Position numbers and translations under genes: made by a program. Source: Lophium mytilinum (Eukaryota). Taken from it: a stretch of DNA of 64,000 nt. The notes under the pieces were generated by a model, which had not been told where the DNA came from, searched no databases, and was given only the letters and a program-made list of their open reading frames with translations. This document shows positions 51,237 through 64,000 of this stretch, piece after piece (the stretch's first letter is position 1; every line of letters starts with the position of its first letter). The stretch spans positions 498,726-562,725 of the forward strand of contig MU004198.1 of NCBI GenBank assembly GCA_010093605.1. Reading direction: 5' to 3'.

Positions 51237-52389
51237 ATGATGAAAGCAGCGCAATGGGATCCGGTTCGCTTCCCTTCACTGAGTCAATACGAATTCCTAT
51301 TAACACTCGCTGCAGTCCCAGAAAAAGGTCGTAGTCAACTCGATTCCAATACCCTCGCCGGCAGATAACCAATTTCTTGTAAAGATTGGATCTGCCTCGT
51401 TATGCCACAGCGATTTCATGTCTATGGCTATGCCGCACAAGGAGCCCATCACTATCGGCCATGAAGGTGCTGGATACATCGACAAGCTACACCCATCCGC
51501 TGAGAACAAAGGCTTCAAAGTTGGCGACGCTATTGGCTTTACATATATCATTGATTGTTGCTTTGAATGTGAGGGCTGCAAGGTCCATAACAACCACTGC
51601 CTGGTACAAGAGAGCCACACGCAAGGGTTCACTGCACCGGGACTATTCGCGGAGTATGCGCTGGTGGACTATCATAGTGCGATTCTACTACCTGATTCTC
51701 TCTCTGTGAAGACGGCGTCCCCTATGTTCTGCGCGGGCATCACAGGTACTGATTCTCTCATTGAATGTCAACAAGAAACCTCGAAAGATGCAATGCTGAT
51801 ATTCTATATAGCATTCCATTGCGTCGACTCTTGCCACCTCCAACCAGGCCAATGGCTCGTCATCATCGGCTGCGGTGGTCTCGGGCAACTAGCAACTCAA
51901 TACGCAAAAGCGATGGGTATTCGCGTCGTCGGCGTCGACATCAACGATGACATCCTCGCAACAGTGAAGCGGCAAGGTGCGGACGCAGTCTTCAATTCCA
52001 TCACGAACCCAAACTACGTAGACGAAGTGAAAGCATTCATGGACCGGGGCCCGAATAAGGGCGCTGATGCTGTGGCAGTTTTCTCCGCTGCAGATGCCGC
52101 CTACAGGAGCGCTCCGCCGCTGGTGAAGCTGGGAGGTATGATCATGGTTGTGGGTTTGCCAAAGAACGGAGTAACGTTTGATGCTCTGGATATTGCGAGA
52201 GGCACTTTCCAAGTCAGAGGAGATAGTACGGGAACTCCAGACCGGATGAAGAAGGCGATAGACTTCTCGGCGAAGCATGGCATCGCGTCAGAAGTGGAAG
52301 TATATCCTAGTTTAGAGAGCGTGAATGATATGGTGGAAAAGATGAGAAGAGGAGAGAGCACGAAGAGGATGGTAGTTTCATTTGATTAG
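51237..52389 (+). CDS. Zinc-binding alcohol dehydrogenase (MDR), spliced
   Basis: MKAAQWDP exon, ASLCHSD, IGHEGAG, CFECEGC, PMFCAGIT, GCGGLG. The start could lie in a short upstream exon (~51175). Confidence 0.9.
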
Positions 52390-52467
52390 ACTATAACAAG
52401 ACATGTCTATATTCCGCCTAGATGAAATGAGTGCTGCGTTTCTCGTGCTTCAACATTGACCAATGCT

Positions 52468-54501
52468 CTAAAATGTCCTTGGCCTTAACTTCAACTTCAG
52501 CGATGGCTTGATCCAGTTATTGTACACCACCATGTTCTTGTAATCGCCCACTGGGTTCCAGATCTCGTTCTTCCCGTACATTTCCACGTCGTTATGCCAC
52601 AGAAGCTTACCCACTAGACTTATTAGCAAACGGACATGAATAGAGCGTCAAAAATAACTCACTGATTAGTCTCATTTCCATGTACGATAGACTAAAGGGA
52701 AGCAGTCAGTGATTGATCAAAAGTCGTTGACAAGGGACAGTGACGTACTTTCGCCCGATGCACCCTCTAGGCCCCAGTGAAAATGCATTACTTGCTCCCA
52801 ACTTATCTGTAGGATTCTCTCTATCAAACCAGCGCTCCGGGCGGAAGACATATGGGTCTTTGAAGTTTCTTTCAGAGTGTGTCGCCGCCCAATTGCAGAC
52901 AGAAACGGTTGTCTTTTGAAGTGAAAGTCAGCATAATGCCGTTCAAGCTCACGACCAAGATGAAAGGAAGGAAACACTCACTCCTTCAGGAATGAAGTGC
53001 CCACAAATGGTATCACCTCCCGCTGGTACCGTTCTCACGAATCCGATCGGGGCTGACGGAAACATTCTGAGGCCTTCGTCGATCACGGCTGTCATATAGG
53101 GCAGTTTGACGAGGTCTTCGAAGTTGAGGTCGCCGTCGGACTTGAAGTTTGATCGAATTTCATCCGTTAGCGTGTGTAGGATGTGCCGATTCTCCGGGCG
53201 TGTTATGAGATTGAAGAGACCTGTGAGGAAGCCAGCGGTGGTTTCCGTTCCAGCAATACTGCAAGTATGTGAGACTATGAAGCTTTGCATAGGATGCCGA
53301 CTTACATGAACAGCGCGCCATTCACAATCACCTCGTTGAGATTCAGTTCACCCTTATCTTGTTGTTTCATTACATAGTACAAGAAGTCCTTGTTTGGGTT
53401 ATTTGTTTGCTCTATGCGTCTGCAAAGCCGCGATGGTCAGTAAAGCCTCACCATTCACGAATCACGGTGTTCCACTCACTTCAAGATTTTCTCTCGACTA
53501 GTATCCAGATGCTTTTGCCTCGTCTCGCTGATTCGGCCAGGTATGCAAGACTGGAGGAATGTCTGCAGCGGACTACCGGCCGTTGCGACTCTCCGGGTGG
53601 CTTGCTCAATTGCTCCAGCCTTGATTGATTCACTGATGAGGGGAACCCAGTATCTGAAGTCCTCTACACCACATTAATTACTGAAGAACAGTCATCTCAA
53701 AGGAAACTTACTATTTGTAAGGCAGCCAAAAGGTTCGCCCAACGCCAGTTCTCCGATGACATCGAAAGTGGTGTACGCGAACCAATTCGTTACATCTACG
53801 ATCCCGTCCTTGGCTGCAAATTCTTTCATCTTGTCTGAGAAGATGTTGATGTACTTCATGACGAGATACTCCTGCTCTAGCAAAGCTTTGGTCGAGAAAG
53901 CATGAGACAAGGCCCGTCGTTGGCGGGCGTGATCTACATCATTCGCCATTGTTATGGAAGAGACGCCCGGGACCGCTGCTATGGATCCAACGTGGATAGG
54001 ATCTGATTTAGTATTAGGTATGGAACCTGTCGCTGATAGTTTTGATATCCGCACCTTTGTGAAAATTTTTATGGCCTGGACGGCTGCCGTAGATGTCCTT
54101 CCATGCCGCTTCTTCGTCAAAGCAGAGTTCATTCGGCGACACGCGGACTATAGGGCCAAAGTTGTCATGCGCAGATTTCATGAAGAATGGTATGCGGCCG
54201 CGGAGAAGGCTGATTGTGATTGGAATCTGCCATGCATCATTAACATCTTTTTGGGACTGAGCTGCGAGCTGGCACGTTTTGCGGTACTCACTGGAGAGAT
54301 TCGTGCTAAGAAAGGACCTGGATATTTCGCAAGGGGATGAAAATAGAGCCGGTATATTACAACTACAGCATAATACACGAAGACCTGATCTGAATCAGCT
54401 TAAATTATTCTTATTCGGAGAGTTGAACTCACACAGCTGCCAAATAATATTGCAAGAGTGTTACCGAAAGGCGCATTTTCCGTTTCACTCAAGACCGCCA
54501 T
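52468..54501 (-). CDS. Cytochrome P450 monooxygenase (CYP65/TRI11-like), multi-exon
   Basis: HPLAKYPGP, HARQRRALSHAFS, I-helix AGTETTA, EGLR (ExxR), FRPERW, heme motif FSLGPRGCIG at ~52755-52785. Confidence 0.93.
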
Positions 54502-54960
54502 GGTATGAAAACTTCCGAAGGATTGACTTTGGAAAGAAATCTGGCTAAGGAAATGGTTCTCTAAGATATATGCTATTTAATTAGAAATATCCGATCTTGA
54601 GTAAGTTGTAATGAACTATAAAAGAAGCCCGCACTACCACTACATTCTTGACGGCCAACAATGTCAATAAGTTCAGAAAACAACGACTACGTGAAATAAA
54701 GTCGGAAGACTGCCGAGCTTCCCCGTTGCCCCAGTGGGGACCCCGCATATTGTTGGAAGTCACACTTCCGGAAATAGTTCTCCACTCCAGCCGTGCCAGG
54801 GCGCATAATCATTCTGACCAATCAAGTGCGCCTACCTTTGATGGCCAATGACTACTACTTTACGGGCATATCACTTTTGCATGCGAATATTGATTGCAAG
54901 GACTTTGAAGCTTCCGTCGAGATCGTACGAAATCTAAACTTGCGCGAAATATTCACTACA

Positions 54961-55501
54961 ATGACTACCTCTCAACCACCGAAGTACATAAAAGTTTCTC
55001 TCATGCTCAAGAAGAGAGATGAAGTGACGGATGAATTCTTTCACCAGTATTGGCGGGGCAATCATGTTGACCTCGCTATGGCAAATCAGAAATTCATGGA
55101 GAAGGTGGTTCGATACAATCAGGTGAACTTTCTCTTAGCTCTTCGATTCCTACTCGAGACAGGTCGACTAAACAACCGGTCCCTGGCTAATCTGGAGTCC
55201 ATTATAGTGGCACACAAGCCCTGACCTGAAGAAACAAGCCGCAGCATTTGGGATCCCAGTGCCTGACTATGACGGGATAGCGGAGGTCTGGGTCAAAAGC
55301 ATAGAGGATTGGGTAGAAATAGTATCGGACCCCGCTTTTATTGAGACGATTGCACGTAAGTACTCGGTCTCTTGCTCATTCGCAGGCTTCTTGCAATTTC
55401 TAACGTCCTGGAAAGCGGATGAAGCGGTGTTCATAAAGGCGCCGATTAGCATAGCCTTAGGCTACGATGAAACTGTGATTGGGGAGAAAGCACCTCAATG
55501 A
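54961..55501 (+). CDS. EthD-domain (dimeric alpha-beta barrel) protein; 3 exons
   Basis: LKKRDEVTDEFFHQYWRGNH...RYNQ, YDGIAEVW, ADE..FI. Confidence 0.85.
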
Positions 55502-55794
55502 ATGGCCTAATTTCCACTATGCATAAACTTATGCGTTCTGTCTGTTCTCAAAGACCTCGGAGAGTTCCCCAAGTAGCGGCAAATCCATGTGCCTATGCCT
55601 TTGACTAAGTGCTGTATCTAGTGATGTGAAATCAGTTAGATTAGTCCCGATGAAAGGAAATTCCAGCAGGGCTTACATTTACGATGGAGGCACTCTCACT
55701 TGATGTTTGCTAGCCAAATCGTGCTAACATGGTTATATATTTCCCATCCTCGAAACGTGATCAATAGGTGCGTTACTACCGCTAGAAGTCCCCT

Positions 55795-56592
55795 TTACCT
55801 ATCATAAGCTGCCAAAATTTCGTCAAAATACTGCTTCGTGCGATCCTTGAGGTCTGGGTGCGTAGCCACCCACGCCGCGTCCTCCTTTACTCCCCTAACA
55901 ATCTTCTCTGCAACCTCACTCGGTGGGATCCTTCTCGCCTCTCTTTTCTTGACCTCCACAGCAAGCGGCTCTCCGAACCTCTCGGGTCGACTCCTCTCGC
56001 TCTTCATAATATCCGTCTGCGTCCCAGCCACGATGACCGTCGTGACACCAACACCATGGCCAGCAGCTTCTGGCCTCATGGCTGACCCAAGAGCATGTAC
56101 CGCCGCTTTGGCGGACGTATACGGGCCATGTTGCGTGACCCAATTCGGCACCAGACCTGCCTGTGAGCCTGTGAGGACAATATGCCCGCTGCCGCGCTTG
56201 ACCATGTCCGGGTAGAAAAGTTGGATACAATTCGTAGTGCCGTCCAGAACCACTCCATACACCCATTTCCAGTCTCCCTCCCGATGCAAGTGGAAGTCCC
56301 CACTCGTGGTCACGCCGGCGTTGCAAACCAGCAAGTCGACAGCACCCAATGCTTTCGTAATTTCGGCGTGGAGATCTTTGACAGATGCTAGATCGGAAAC
56401 GTCGCATACGAGAGGCAGAACTTCTGGAGAACCTGCTGAGCGGACTTGGGTGGCAGCAGCTTCTAGGCGGTCCATGTTGGTGGAGGCGAGGACGATTTTC
56501 ATGCCTTCGGCAGCCAGTTGGAGGGCTAGGGCTAGACCAATGCCGGTGGCACCGCCCGTGATTAGAGCGACTTTGCCTTTGAGGTCTTTCAT
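55795..56592 (-). CDS. Short-chain dehydrogenase/reductase, intronless
   Basis: MKDLKGKVALITGGATGIG, CNAGV, GHIVLTGSQAG, YTSAK. Confidence 0.93.
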   Translation of the reverse strand: MKDLKGKVALITGGATGIGLALALQLAAEGMKIVLASTNMDRLEAAATQVRSAGSPEVLPLVCDVSDLASVKDLHAEITKALGAVDLLVCNAGVTTSGDFHLHREGDWKWVYGVVLDGTTNCIQLFYPDMVKRGSGHIVLTGSQAGLVPNWVTQHGPYTSAKAAVHALGSAMRPEAAGHGVGVTTVIVAGTQTDIMKSERSRPERFGEPLAVEVKKREARRIPPSEVAEKIVRGVKEDAAWVATHPDLKDRTKQYFDEILAAYDR

Positions 56593-57123
56593 GGTATTAG
56601 GAATGAAGACGAAGAAGTGGGAATGATAAATGTGACAGCGTTAGAATGATTGAAAGTTTGTGATTGTTGATGACGAGACGTGTCTCGCGCGTCTAAGAAC
56701 TCATTAGAATACACATGCATATCGACCTACAACCGAATCTAGCATGCTGTCGAAGTGGAAATCGACAGCCGAACCCCACCATGTTGACATCCTATCCGAA
56801 TCTGTTAGAAGACCAGCATTTCGAGTGTCGATGGTCAGGAGTTCGACGGAAGGAGGCCGGATTAAAATGAGGAGCGCTAAATATTTATGCGGGGTTGAAG
56901 AGCTCCACTTAAACTTGCCAGCCTCTCCTATCTCCAGCACGTGTTGGCAAAACATACCCGCGGGTCGACGTTCCGCTGTCATTCTTTGAGTACTCGCGGG
57001 TTATGAATCTCTTCATCTCAGACGCGTTCCCGCGTATATATCAAAGGTCATTCATTCCGTCGAACCTGCATTGGCATCACTGTACGACTCTATTCATCAG
57101 CAAACACTCACCCAAAGCCCACC

Positions 57124-57982
57124 ATGGCCGATCCAGCCGTAGTCAAAGGCCCAGGCATGCTCTGGGTCATGTCTTCAATTTCACGCCCAGATATCATGGA
57201 TGAGAAGACCTACATGAAGTGGTATGACGAAGACCACATTGCGGAGATCATGGAAACCAGCGGCATTCAGACCGCGTATCGCTACAAAGACGTGGACATC
57301 GGCAAAGTCGACAAGCCATATCTGGCATTTTATCCGATGAAAGACTTGGCCTTCACAACAGGGGAAGATTTCAAGAAGATCAGAGTGAAGAGCGACCTTT
57401 TACCAGGTTCGAGACTCTGCTACGATCTTGCGGACATCGATGTGAGGTATGTGGGCCTGGTTGGGAAGACCGAGTACGCGGTGCCAAAGAAAGGTGAGAA
57501 TCTGCTATGTGCAACACGTTCTGGAAGAGTATACTTATTATTGTCTAGAAAGCGCACCGTACGTCCTTCTTGCGGGCATATACCCGTCAGACGACACCCC
57601 AGAGTCAGAAGTCGAGAAGTATTACGACGAGGTATTTATCATAGCTTGATCGACTCCATGCAGGATTTGACATTTCATTCTGTAGCAAATCAAGGAGCTG
57701 TCAAAAGCAAAAGGCTACATGCGCAGCACTCGCTTCAAGTTGCTCTACGCAAGGTCTAATGCTCAGTCAAGAGCACTCAAAGGTCTTCCTACGACCGATA
57801 CGCCACCACCAGAGCCACCAACCAGGATGGTTCTACACGAGTTTTCCGAAGAGCCAGATTCTGGGATCAGAGACAAGCTACGGACGGATAAGTCCAATAA
57901 GATTGTAGCCGATGCAAAAGAGACGGAGGCGATTCTCTACAAGTTGGTCGTCGCTCATGGTCGGAAAAACTTCTTTGAATGA
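57124..57982 (+). CDS. Conserved fungal protein with two EthD/DABB-like half domains; 3 exons
   Basis: KWYDEDHIAEI...RY, PYLAFYP, D.DVR.; second half EKYYDE...MRSTRFKL. Confidence 0.7.
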
Positions 57983-59050
57983 AATCTCGGCCTTCGTTGC
58001 ACGCTTTTCTTCCTTTCTTCGAAGTAGGATGCTACTATGTGAAATTGTTAGTGCGTTTCATCTTCTTCTCCGTATCGAGCTCTCCAACGAAGGACTTTGC
58101 CGTAATCTCATTCACGGTCGGCGAGCGGAGCTTCTAGATCCGCAAAGTCGGCAGAGCCATGGTCAAAGGTTCTAGATAAGTGAGATCATATTCAACTCAA
58201 AGTTTAGCTTACTCGTCATGACCTGGACAACTAATCTTTGCGATCCCGATCGGTGTTTAACCTCATTAGTACCTAAGAGTGGAGATGGAAGGACCATTGA
58301 GCACCAGCCCGAAGCTAGAGAGTACTAGTACGGCTCCCTGCGTATATTTTGCTTACCATGTCACTAGTTCCTGGTTGTAAAAATTTCAACGAGGTCATAG
58401 AGACCCTTCTTATGTCATGCTACGTCCGAAATTGAACGAATCATCTTCCGCATCATAGTTTCAATTCTAAGAAACCTGTTTCGAGATGAAACTCACGCTT
58501 ACCAACACCTCGACCGAAAATTGAACCATCAGTCGTGATTGTGGGGTATGTGGGGCGCACGAGGGTCGGGCTGCGGTCTGGCTATGGAGCCTAACGAGAC
58601 CCTATTTTATCTACACCCCCCTCTTTTGCACGTGAGCTACTACTCAGGAACTTTGTTGATCAGCGCAGAAAACTTTGTGGGACGATTCTCCTTCTTTTGG
58701 GCATTCATCCACGAACTTCTCTTCTCATTCAAATTATTTTCATCGCCGAGCAGAGAAACTAAGAGGATAGCTTTATGGCAGGGCCCAGCAATTTTAGCCC
58801 AGGTAATATGTCCAGGGCTTCTATCGAAGATCAAAAAGCGTAGTACCATTTGTGTGGCATAGCTTTAACGTCATGATATCTTCTAGTCCCACGGTAGTCC
58901 GCTCATATCAAGCTTCGTCATTTGCCCGCCCTGGAGCTGTGATGTGGGCCATGATATCTCATATGCTTTCAACTTATTTACTTCCGAGAGTCCCGCAGGC
59001 TCGATCTTCTCTATCTCGTTGACTGGTTTCGCTCCCAAAGCATCGGCAGC

Positions 59051-60899
59051 ATGTCATACAGAAACGGGTCAGCAACGAAAGATGCACGAGCATCGTTAGC
59101 AAGCTCGCAAGACACAAGAGAAGTCGAAATCAAACGTGAGAGGCAGGAGGTTGAGATACACACGTGGAGCGGGCCCGACGACCCCGGAAATCCGTGAGTA
59201 CATATAGGTCGAGTCGTCATTTTCACGGCTAACCTAAATAGCTTCAATTGGTCGTTCAAGCGTAAATGGATCCTTACGGTGACCATTTGCTTCATATCGA
59301 TATTGACCGGTATTCCGGCGGGAGCCTACAGTTCTGGCAATGAGGAGATGTCCGCTCGGTTCCATGTGCAGAATGTACCCTTCCCCAATCTGTCATGGGC
59401 TACCTGTAGCTGGAACATGGGCGCTGCATTCTTCCCCCTGATATTCGTTCCGTTGACTGAAAATACTGGGCGCATGCCCGGATACTTTGTAAGTGTTTTC
59501 CGTCGAGCAAAGAACTATCTTTTAACTCTTTGCTCGTGCAGTTCGCGTACATCATTTTGGAGCTTTTCTTTTTCGGATCAGCCTTTGCCCAAAACTTCGG
59601 GACCCTCGTCGTAACCAGGTTTTTCGGCGGCGGAGCTTCATCCGTATCAATCAACATCGTCGGCGGAAGCATCAGCGATGTATGGAAAGGAGACAAGGCC
59701 CGAAGTCTTCCGATGTCTCTTTTTGGTTTTACCAGTGTCGCTGGTATTGCGCTAGGTCCTTTTGTGGGCGATGCCATCGTTCAAATCAGAAACCGGTCTG
59801 GTGACTTGGATGCGCCATGGCGATGGTAAGCTGGGGGTCTCTTGCATCAGTTCATGTGTTCACTTTGTGTCTTTCGCCTTTCCTTTGGCTTTACTACCCC
59901 ATGTAAAGCTAGTCCCAGATTTAGCTTCTAAGCACGCACTGACGCGACCGAAACAGGATCTACTACATACAGATGATCTACAACGCTGCCCTTATACCCG
60001 TTTTCTATCTAATCCTCCAAGAGACTCGAGGCGATGTCATCCTAGCCAAACGCGCGAAGAACCTCCGCAAGCTAACCGGCCGCCCAATCTACGCCGAGGC
60101 CGAGCTAACTCAGCCTCCTGTCCTCGAGCTTCTCAAGATCTCGTTCCAGCGACCAGTCAAGATGCTGCTCACCGAGCCTGTAGTCATATTTTTCACTCTC
60201 TGGGTCAGCTTCGCGTGGGGAATCCTCTTCCTCTTTTTTTCTTCCGTACCCCAAACCTTCGGCGCCAACTACGGATTCACGACTTTCCAAAACGGCCTCG
60301 TCATGCTCGCTATCAGCGTTGGTGCACTCGTCGGTACAGTCGTAAATCCATTCCAGGACTGGCTCTATCTTAGAAGCGCTGTAAGAAATATCGAGCGGCC
60401 AGGTAAACCAATCCCGGAAGCACGGCTTTACACGAGCATACCCGGTAGCCTACTCTTCACTGGCGGCCTCTTCATGTATGGATGGAGTTCGCAACCAGAC
60501 ATCCACTGGATCGCGCCCACCATCTCTGTCGGAATTATCGGTGTGGGAGTCTACTCCATCTATATGGGCGTGGTCAACTACCTCACTGATGCATATGAGC
60601 TGTACGCTGCGTCTGCGTTATCTGCTGCTTCACTCGGACGCAACGTCTTTGGCGCTTTCCTGCCTTTAGCGTCCTACCAGCTCTTTTCGACGCTTGGATA
60701 TGGCTGGGCAGGAAGCTTGCTTGGCTTCATTGGGCTGGCGCTAAGCATTGTGCCAGTTGTGTTGATGATTAAGGGCAGAGAGATCCGGCGGAGCAGTCCG
60801 TTCATGCTGGAGTCTACGTTCTCTGTGGAGGAGGCTGTGGAGCGAAGGGAGTCGCTGAATATGGGGTCTACTGGAAGAGGCATTGTCTATGAGGTTTGA
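59051..60899 (+). CDS. MFS multidrug transporter (DHA1 family), multi-exon
   Basis: WSGPDDPGNP.NWSFKRKW, PLTENTGRMPGY, GGSISDVW, ETRGDVIL, PEARL, YLTDAYELYAASALSA. Confidence 0.93.
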
Positions 60900-61545
60900 T
60901 AGAATTATGATGTTTCAGGTGAGATGCCGGAATCGTGATATGGGAGAAGTAATGCTCTGGGTGAGATAAGAAAACTTCGGCGTTGTCCAAGGGATGAAAG
61001 ATTGGAAGAAGCAATGTTCAATATATTGTCGCTTTTTTGATGTAGTATCTCTACAATCTTTTACCCAGATACCACTGCTTTTCCGAAATCAAATGGCCCG
61101 TGTCTGGTGCAATCCGCTTTCGGAAGTCTACCAACCACTCTTTGCATGCGTCACCGTCTCCACTTGTCTGAACTCCTGACCAACGGAAGTCGATAGCCAT
61201 GGGCCCGAAAGCTTGAAGGGAGCTACGCATGGTTCCCGTGAGTCCGTCAAGGGTATGCATTAGTGTTTCTCCCCACGTTGCGGGGAATACGTTCTAGGAA
61301 ATGCATTTCCTGGACGCCACATAAACAAAAAACATGAAAGAAAATATCCATATGAAAGCCGTAAATGAATACCGATATGGCAAGCACTGCGAGGACGAGT
61401 CGGAACAAGATTACCCAGAAAAGCATCATTCATCGTCCAACAGCAGTAGTAGTGTGTTTCATCCAAAGCTCCAAATTCATCTTAAGAGGACTTTAGAACT
61501 CAGTATCGACAAATTCTACTTACTTCAAAACCAATTGACCTCATC

Positions 61546-62148
61546 ATGTCTCCTGTCAGTTACTTCCTTTAGTCTAAAGATTCTCCCACAGTGAACATAC
61601 CCATCTAACCTTCCCAGCCTATCCACAACCACGTCTTCAACCACGTCGCTATCTCCGTCGCCAACTGCGACGAAGCCGTAGAATGGTACAGCGAAGTCTT
61701 CGGCTTCCGACGAATCCGGTATTCTAAACCCCCTCCCACCCCTCCCTCCCTTCTCTAACCACCCCCACCCAGCAACGACCGCACAACCACCCGCACCGAA
61801 ACCCCCTCCGGCCCCATCTTCAAAATCTACGGCGGCACCCTCCACGCCGTGAAAATCGCCTGGCTGGGCACGGGCAACAGCGTTGGGTTCGAGATCTTCG
61901 AGTTCATCGACCCGCCGCACGAGCCAGCGCCCTCGTTCCAGTACAACCGCGCGGGATTCTTCCATATTGCGGTGACGGCGCCGGATCCGGATGAGACGTG
62001 TGCAAGGGCGGTGAAGGAGGGGGGGAAGCAGGTGGGCGAGACGATCGCGATGGGGAAGGAGAAGGCGTTATATTTGACGGATCCGTGGGGGAATGTGGTG
62101 GAGGTGCTGAGTTGTAGTTTTGAGCATTTGATGGCGAATGTTGGGTAA
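61546..62148 (+). CDS. Glyoxalase/bleomycin-resistance/dioxygenase (VOC) family protein; 3 exons
   Basis: FNHVAISVANCDEAVEWYSEVFGF, GFEIFEF, GFFHIAVT, YLTDPWGNVVEV. Confidence 0.9.
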
Positions 62149-62373
62149 GATGGTTTTGGGCATATGGGGTTGTGTTAGGGGGATATGAGATGAATGAAAG
62201 TCGCCACCGTGTATCAACCTTTTTCTTGTATCCGCCGAAGTCTTCTTAATCCATTACTACTATCTACCTATCAGTTTCGGGGTGCGCAGACCTTTCTTGA
62301 ACTAGCGTGTTGGATTGCTCGACCACCGCGTTATTACATTACCACCCTTCGGCCAAGAACACGACTCGCCGTA

Positions 62374-63546
62374 CTACCCGACCACGCCCACGATAATCCC
62401 AACCATGACTGCCCATATACCCACTCCGGAAGTACGCACGTGAAATCTAGGCCTTGCTGCATTTGGCGTCGAGGTCGGTTTCGCACTTTCAGTAACTCCC
62501 CTCGTCGTCGATGCTACTAAAGTCGCTGCTCCTGTCGAGGACTTCGTTCCAGAGTGCTGAGAGAAAGAGTAAGTCACCAAGGTGCCAATGGTACCGAATG
62601 GAGAGAAAGATGTCGTGGTAGTTCCATTTCCAGCAGAAGGATAGGGCGCGAGTGCGGTCGAGAAAGCGTATCCCAACGCCGTGGAACTGGATCCTGTCAC
62701 TGCTACCGAAGCAGAATAGGGCAAGCCGGCCGAAGTTGAATAAGGCACCCCGGTAGGCAACACCGTCGCTAAGAAGGTGTATCCAGATTCCCCAAATGGA
62801 ATTGATGAGGGTTGTGGTACAGCAGTTTCTCCTGGTGCGAGGGTCGAATGTTGCACTCCCGACGCTGGTGCAACATAGCCGCTAGTACTCCCCGTTGCCT
62901 CATTACCAGCAACGGCCACCGACGCTGGTGTTCCCGGGGCGATAGGAGCAGCTGTATTGCCTTGTTGATGATTTGGGATAAGAGCAGCGGTCGATGGCGC
63001 GTTTACGTTCTGAACTGGCGTCGCGGTAGTTGCTACGGGCGCTGGTGCTACGACTGAATCACCACCGCCATTCCCACCTCCACCTCCACCGGCACTTGGA
63101 GATACCACGGGGGCCGGATCGATCTGGACCGGGTTGGCTGGTTCGCTTTGGATCGCGGATGGCGTTGAAGCAGGCGGCGCAGCAGCAGGAGCGCTGGAAG
63201 ATGCAGGGACTAACCAGGGTTCGGTATGCACCGCGATCGGGGCTACAGGAGTGTTGCCAGATGGGTGGTTAATGCCCCCTATGCTTGGTTTTACCCTGGA
63301 GGAAGTGGGTGTGATGGAAGTCGATGCCGGCGCGGGTACAAATGCCGCGCTTTGCACTGCTTCAGGATGCTGAGGGCTTATGTGTGCATGGATAGACCTT
63401 GAGGTTGCTACGACAGCGGAGGAGATGGTTTTAGATGTGGGAAAAGCGAGCAAAGTGATGGTCCCAGAAGCGTTTGTTGCTGTTGCGACGTTAGCACTAC
63501 TGTTAATAGAATAGTAGGGCATAGTCCAAACCTGCAGAAGTTGCAT
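62374..63546 (-). CDS. Ser/Thr/Pro-rich putative GPI-anchored cell-surface protein (true start probably in an upstream exon)
   Basis: Low-complexity S/T/P/A body; NAA followed by a hydrophobic C-terminus VGIWAVMVGIIVGVVG; hydrophobic N-terminal stretch. Confidence 0.7.
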   Translation of the reverse strand: MQLLQVWTMPYYSINSSANVATATNASGTITLLAFPTSKTISSAVVATSRSIHAHISPQHPEAVQSAAFVPAPASTSITPTSSRVKPSIGGINHPSGNTPVAPIAVHTEPWLVPASSSAPAAAPPASTPSAIQSEPANPVQIDPAPVVSPSAGGGGGGNGGGDSVVAPAPVATTATPVQNVNAPSTAALIPNHQQGNTAAPIAPGTPASVAVAGNEATGSTSGYVAPASGVQHSTLAPGETAVPQPSSIPFGESGYTFLATVLPTGVPYSTSAGLPYSASVAVTGSSSTALGYAFSTALAPYPSAGNGTTTTSFSPFGTIGTLVTYSFSQHSGTKSSTGAATLVASTTRGVTESAKPTSTPNAARPRFHVRTSGVGIWAVMVGIIVGVVG

Positions 63547-64000
63547 GAGGAACGAAAGCAGTGAGGATCTGTAAAGACAGTGTTGCGACCCTGAAACGGG
63601 CGCTGGACATTAGCATCGTTGCTAATAATTGAAGCCTTTGCAAACGCGAGGAAGAGTTCAAAATGAGCGACTGGTAAGCATAGCCCCAAAGTCTGGGACT
63701 AGCAATCCTTTAGCATTATCAACACCGCAAACATTCAGCTGAACAACCCGCTTCCGCATGAATGCATACAGTATCACGTTCGAATTTCCGATATTTGAGT
63801 ATCCCCATGTCAGCGTAACTTGCTTTTCCCGAAATAAGATAGCCGAGGACGGCGGGTCAGCTATTGTGCTTGGCCCCCACCGGGAACCAACCAGCAACCC
63901 TGGCAAGACTGGCAAGATCATTCGTTGCGTAGGGCCGAGAGGGTGTTGATACCTTGAAATTAATATCAGTGCCGCTCTACTAGTACGGCGATGGTGTCCA

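Overview
This is eukaryotic DNA from a filamentous ascomycete (Pezizomycotina; Dothideomycete-like by impression only), with short GT..AG introns and about 28 protein-coding genes. Housekeeping genes include glyoxalase II, acetoacetyl-CoA synthetase, CAND1, RRP5, a PLAC8 protein and an ArAE/FUSC membrane protein. There are four accessory regions. (1) 10.7-13.2 kb: a HeLo-like/ankyrin gene carrying two RIP-type premature stops. (2) 13.6-18.5 kb: a tandem array of four intronless paralogs sharing a C-C-H-H-C...C...CxxC motif and conserved promoter blocks. (3) ~28.5-31.7 kb, the most striking feature: a non-coding array of about 60-66 conserved boxes of two alternating types, both ending CC(A/G)ACTCCAT, separated by mostly unique ~18-24 nt spacers. 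This CRISPR/TIGR-like architecture lies between two convergent fungal genes. (4) 43.8-62.1 kb: a dense cluster of oxidoreductases, a P450, EthD-like proteins, a VOC protein and two MFS transporters, with no core synthase in the window. Splice sites and repeat counts were read by eye and are approximate; no database searches were run.
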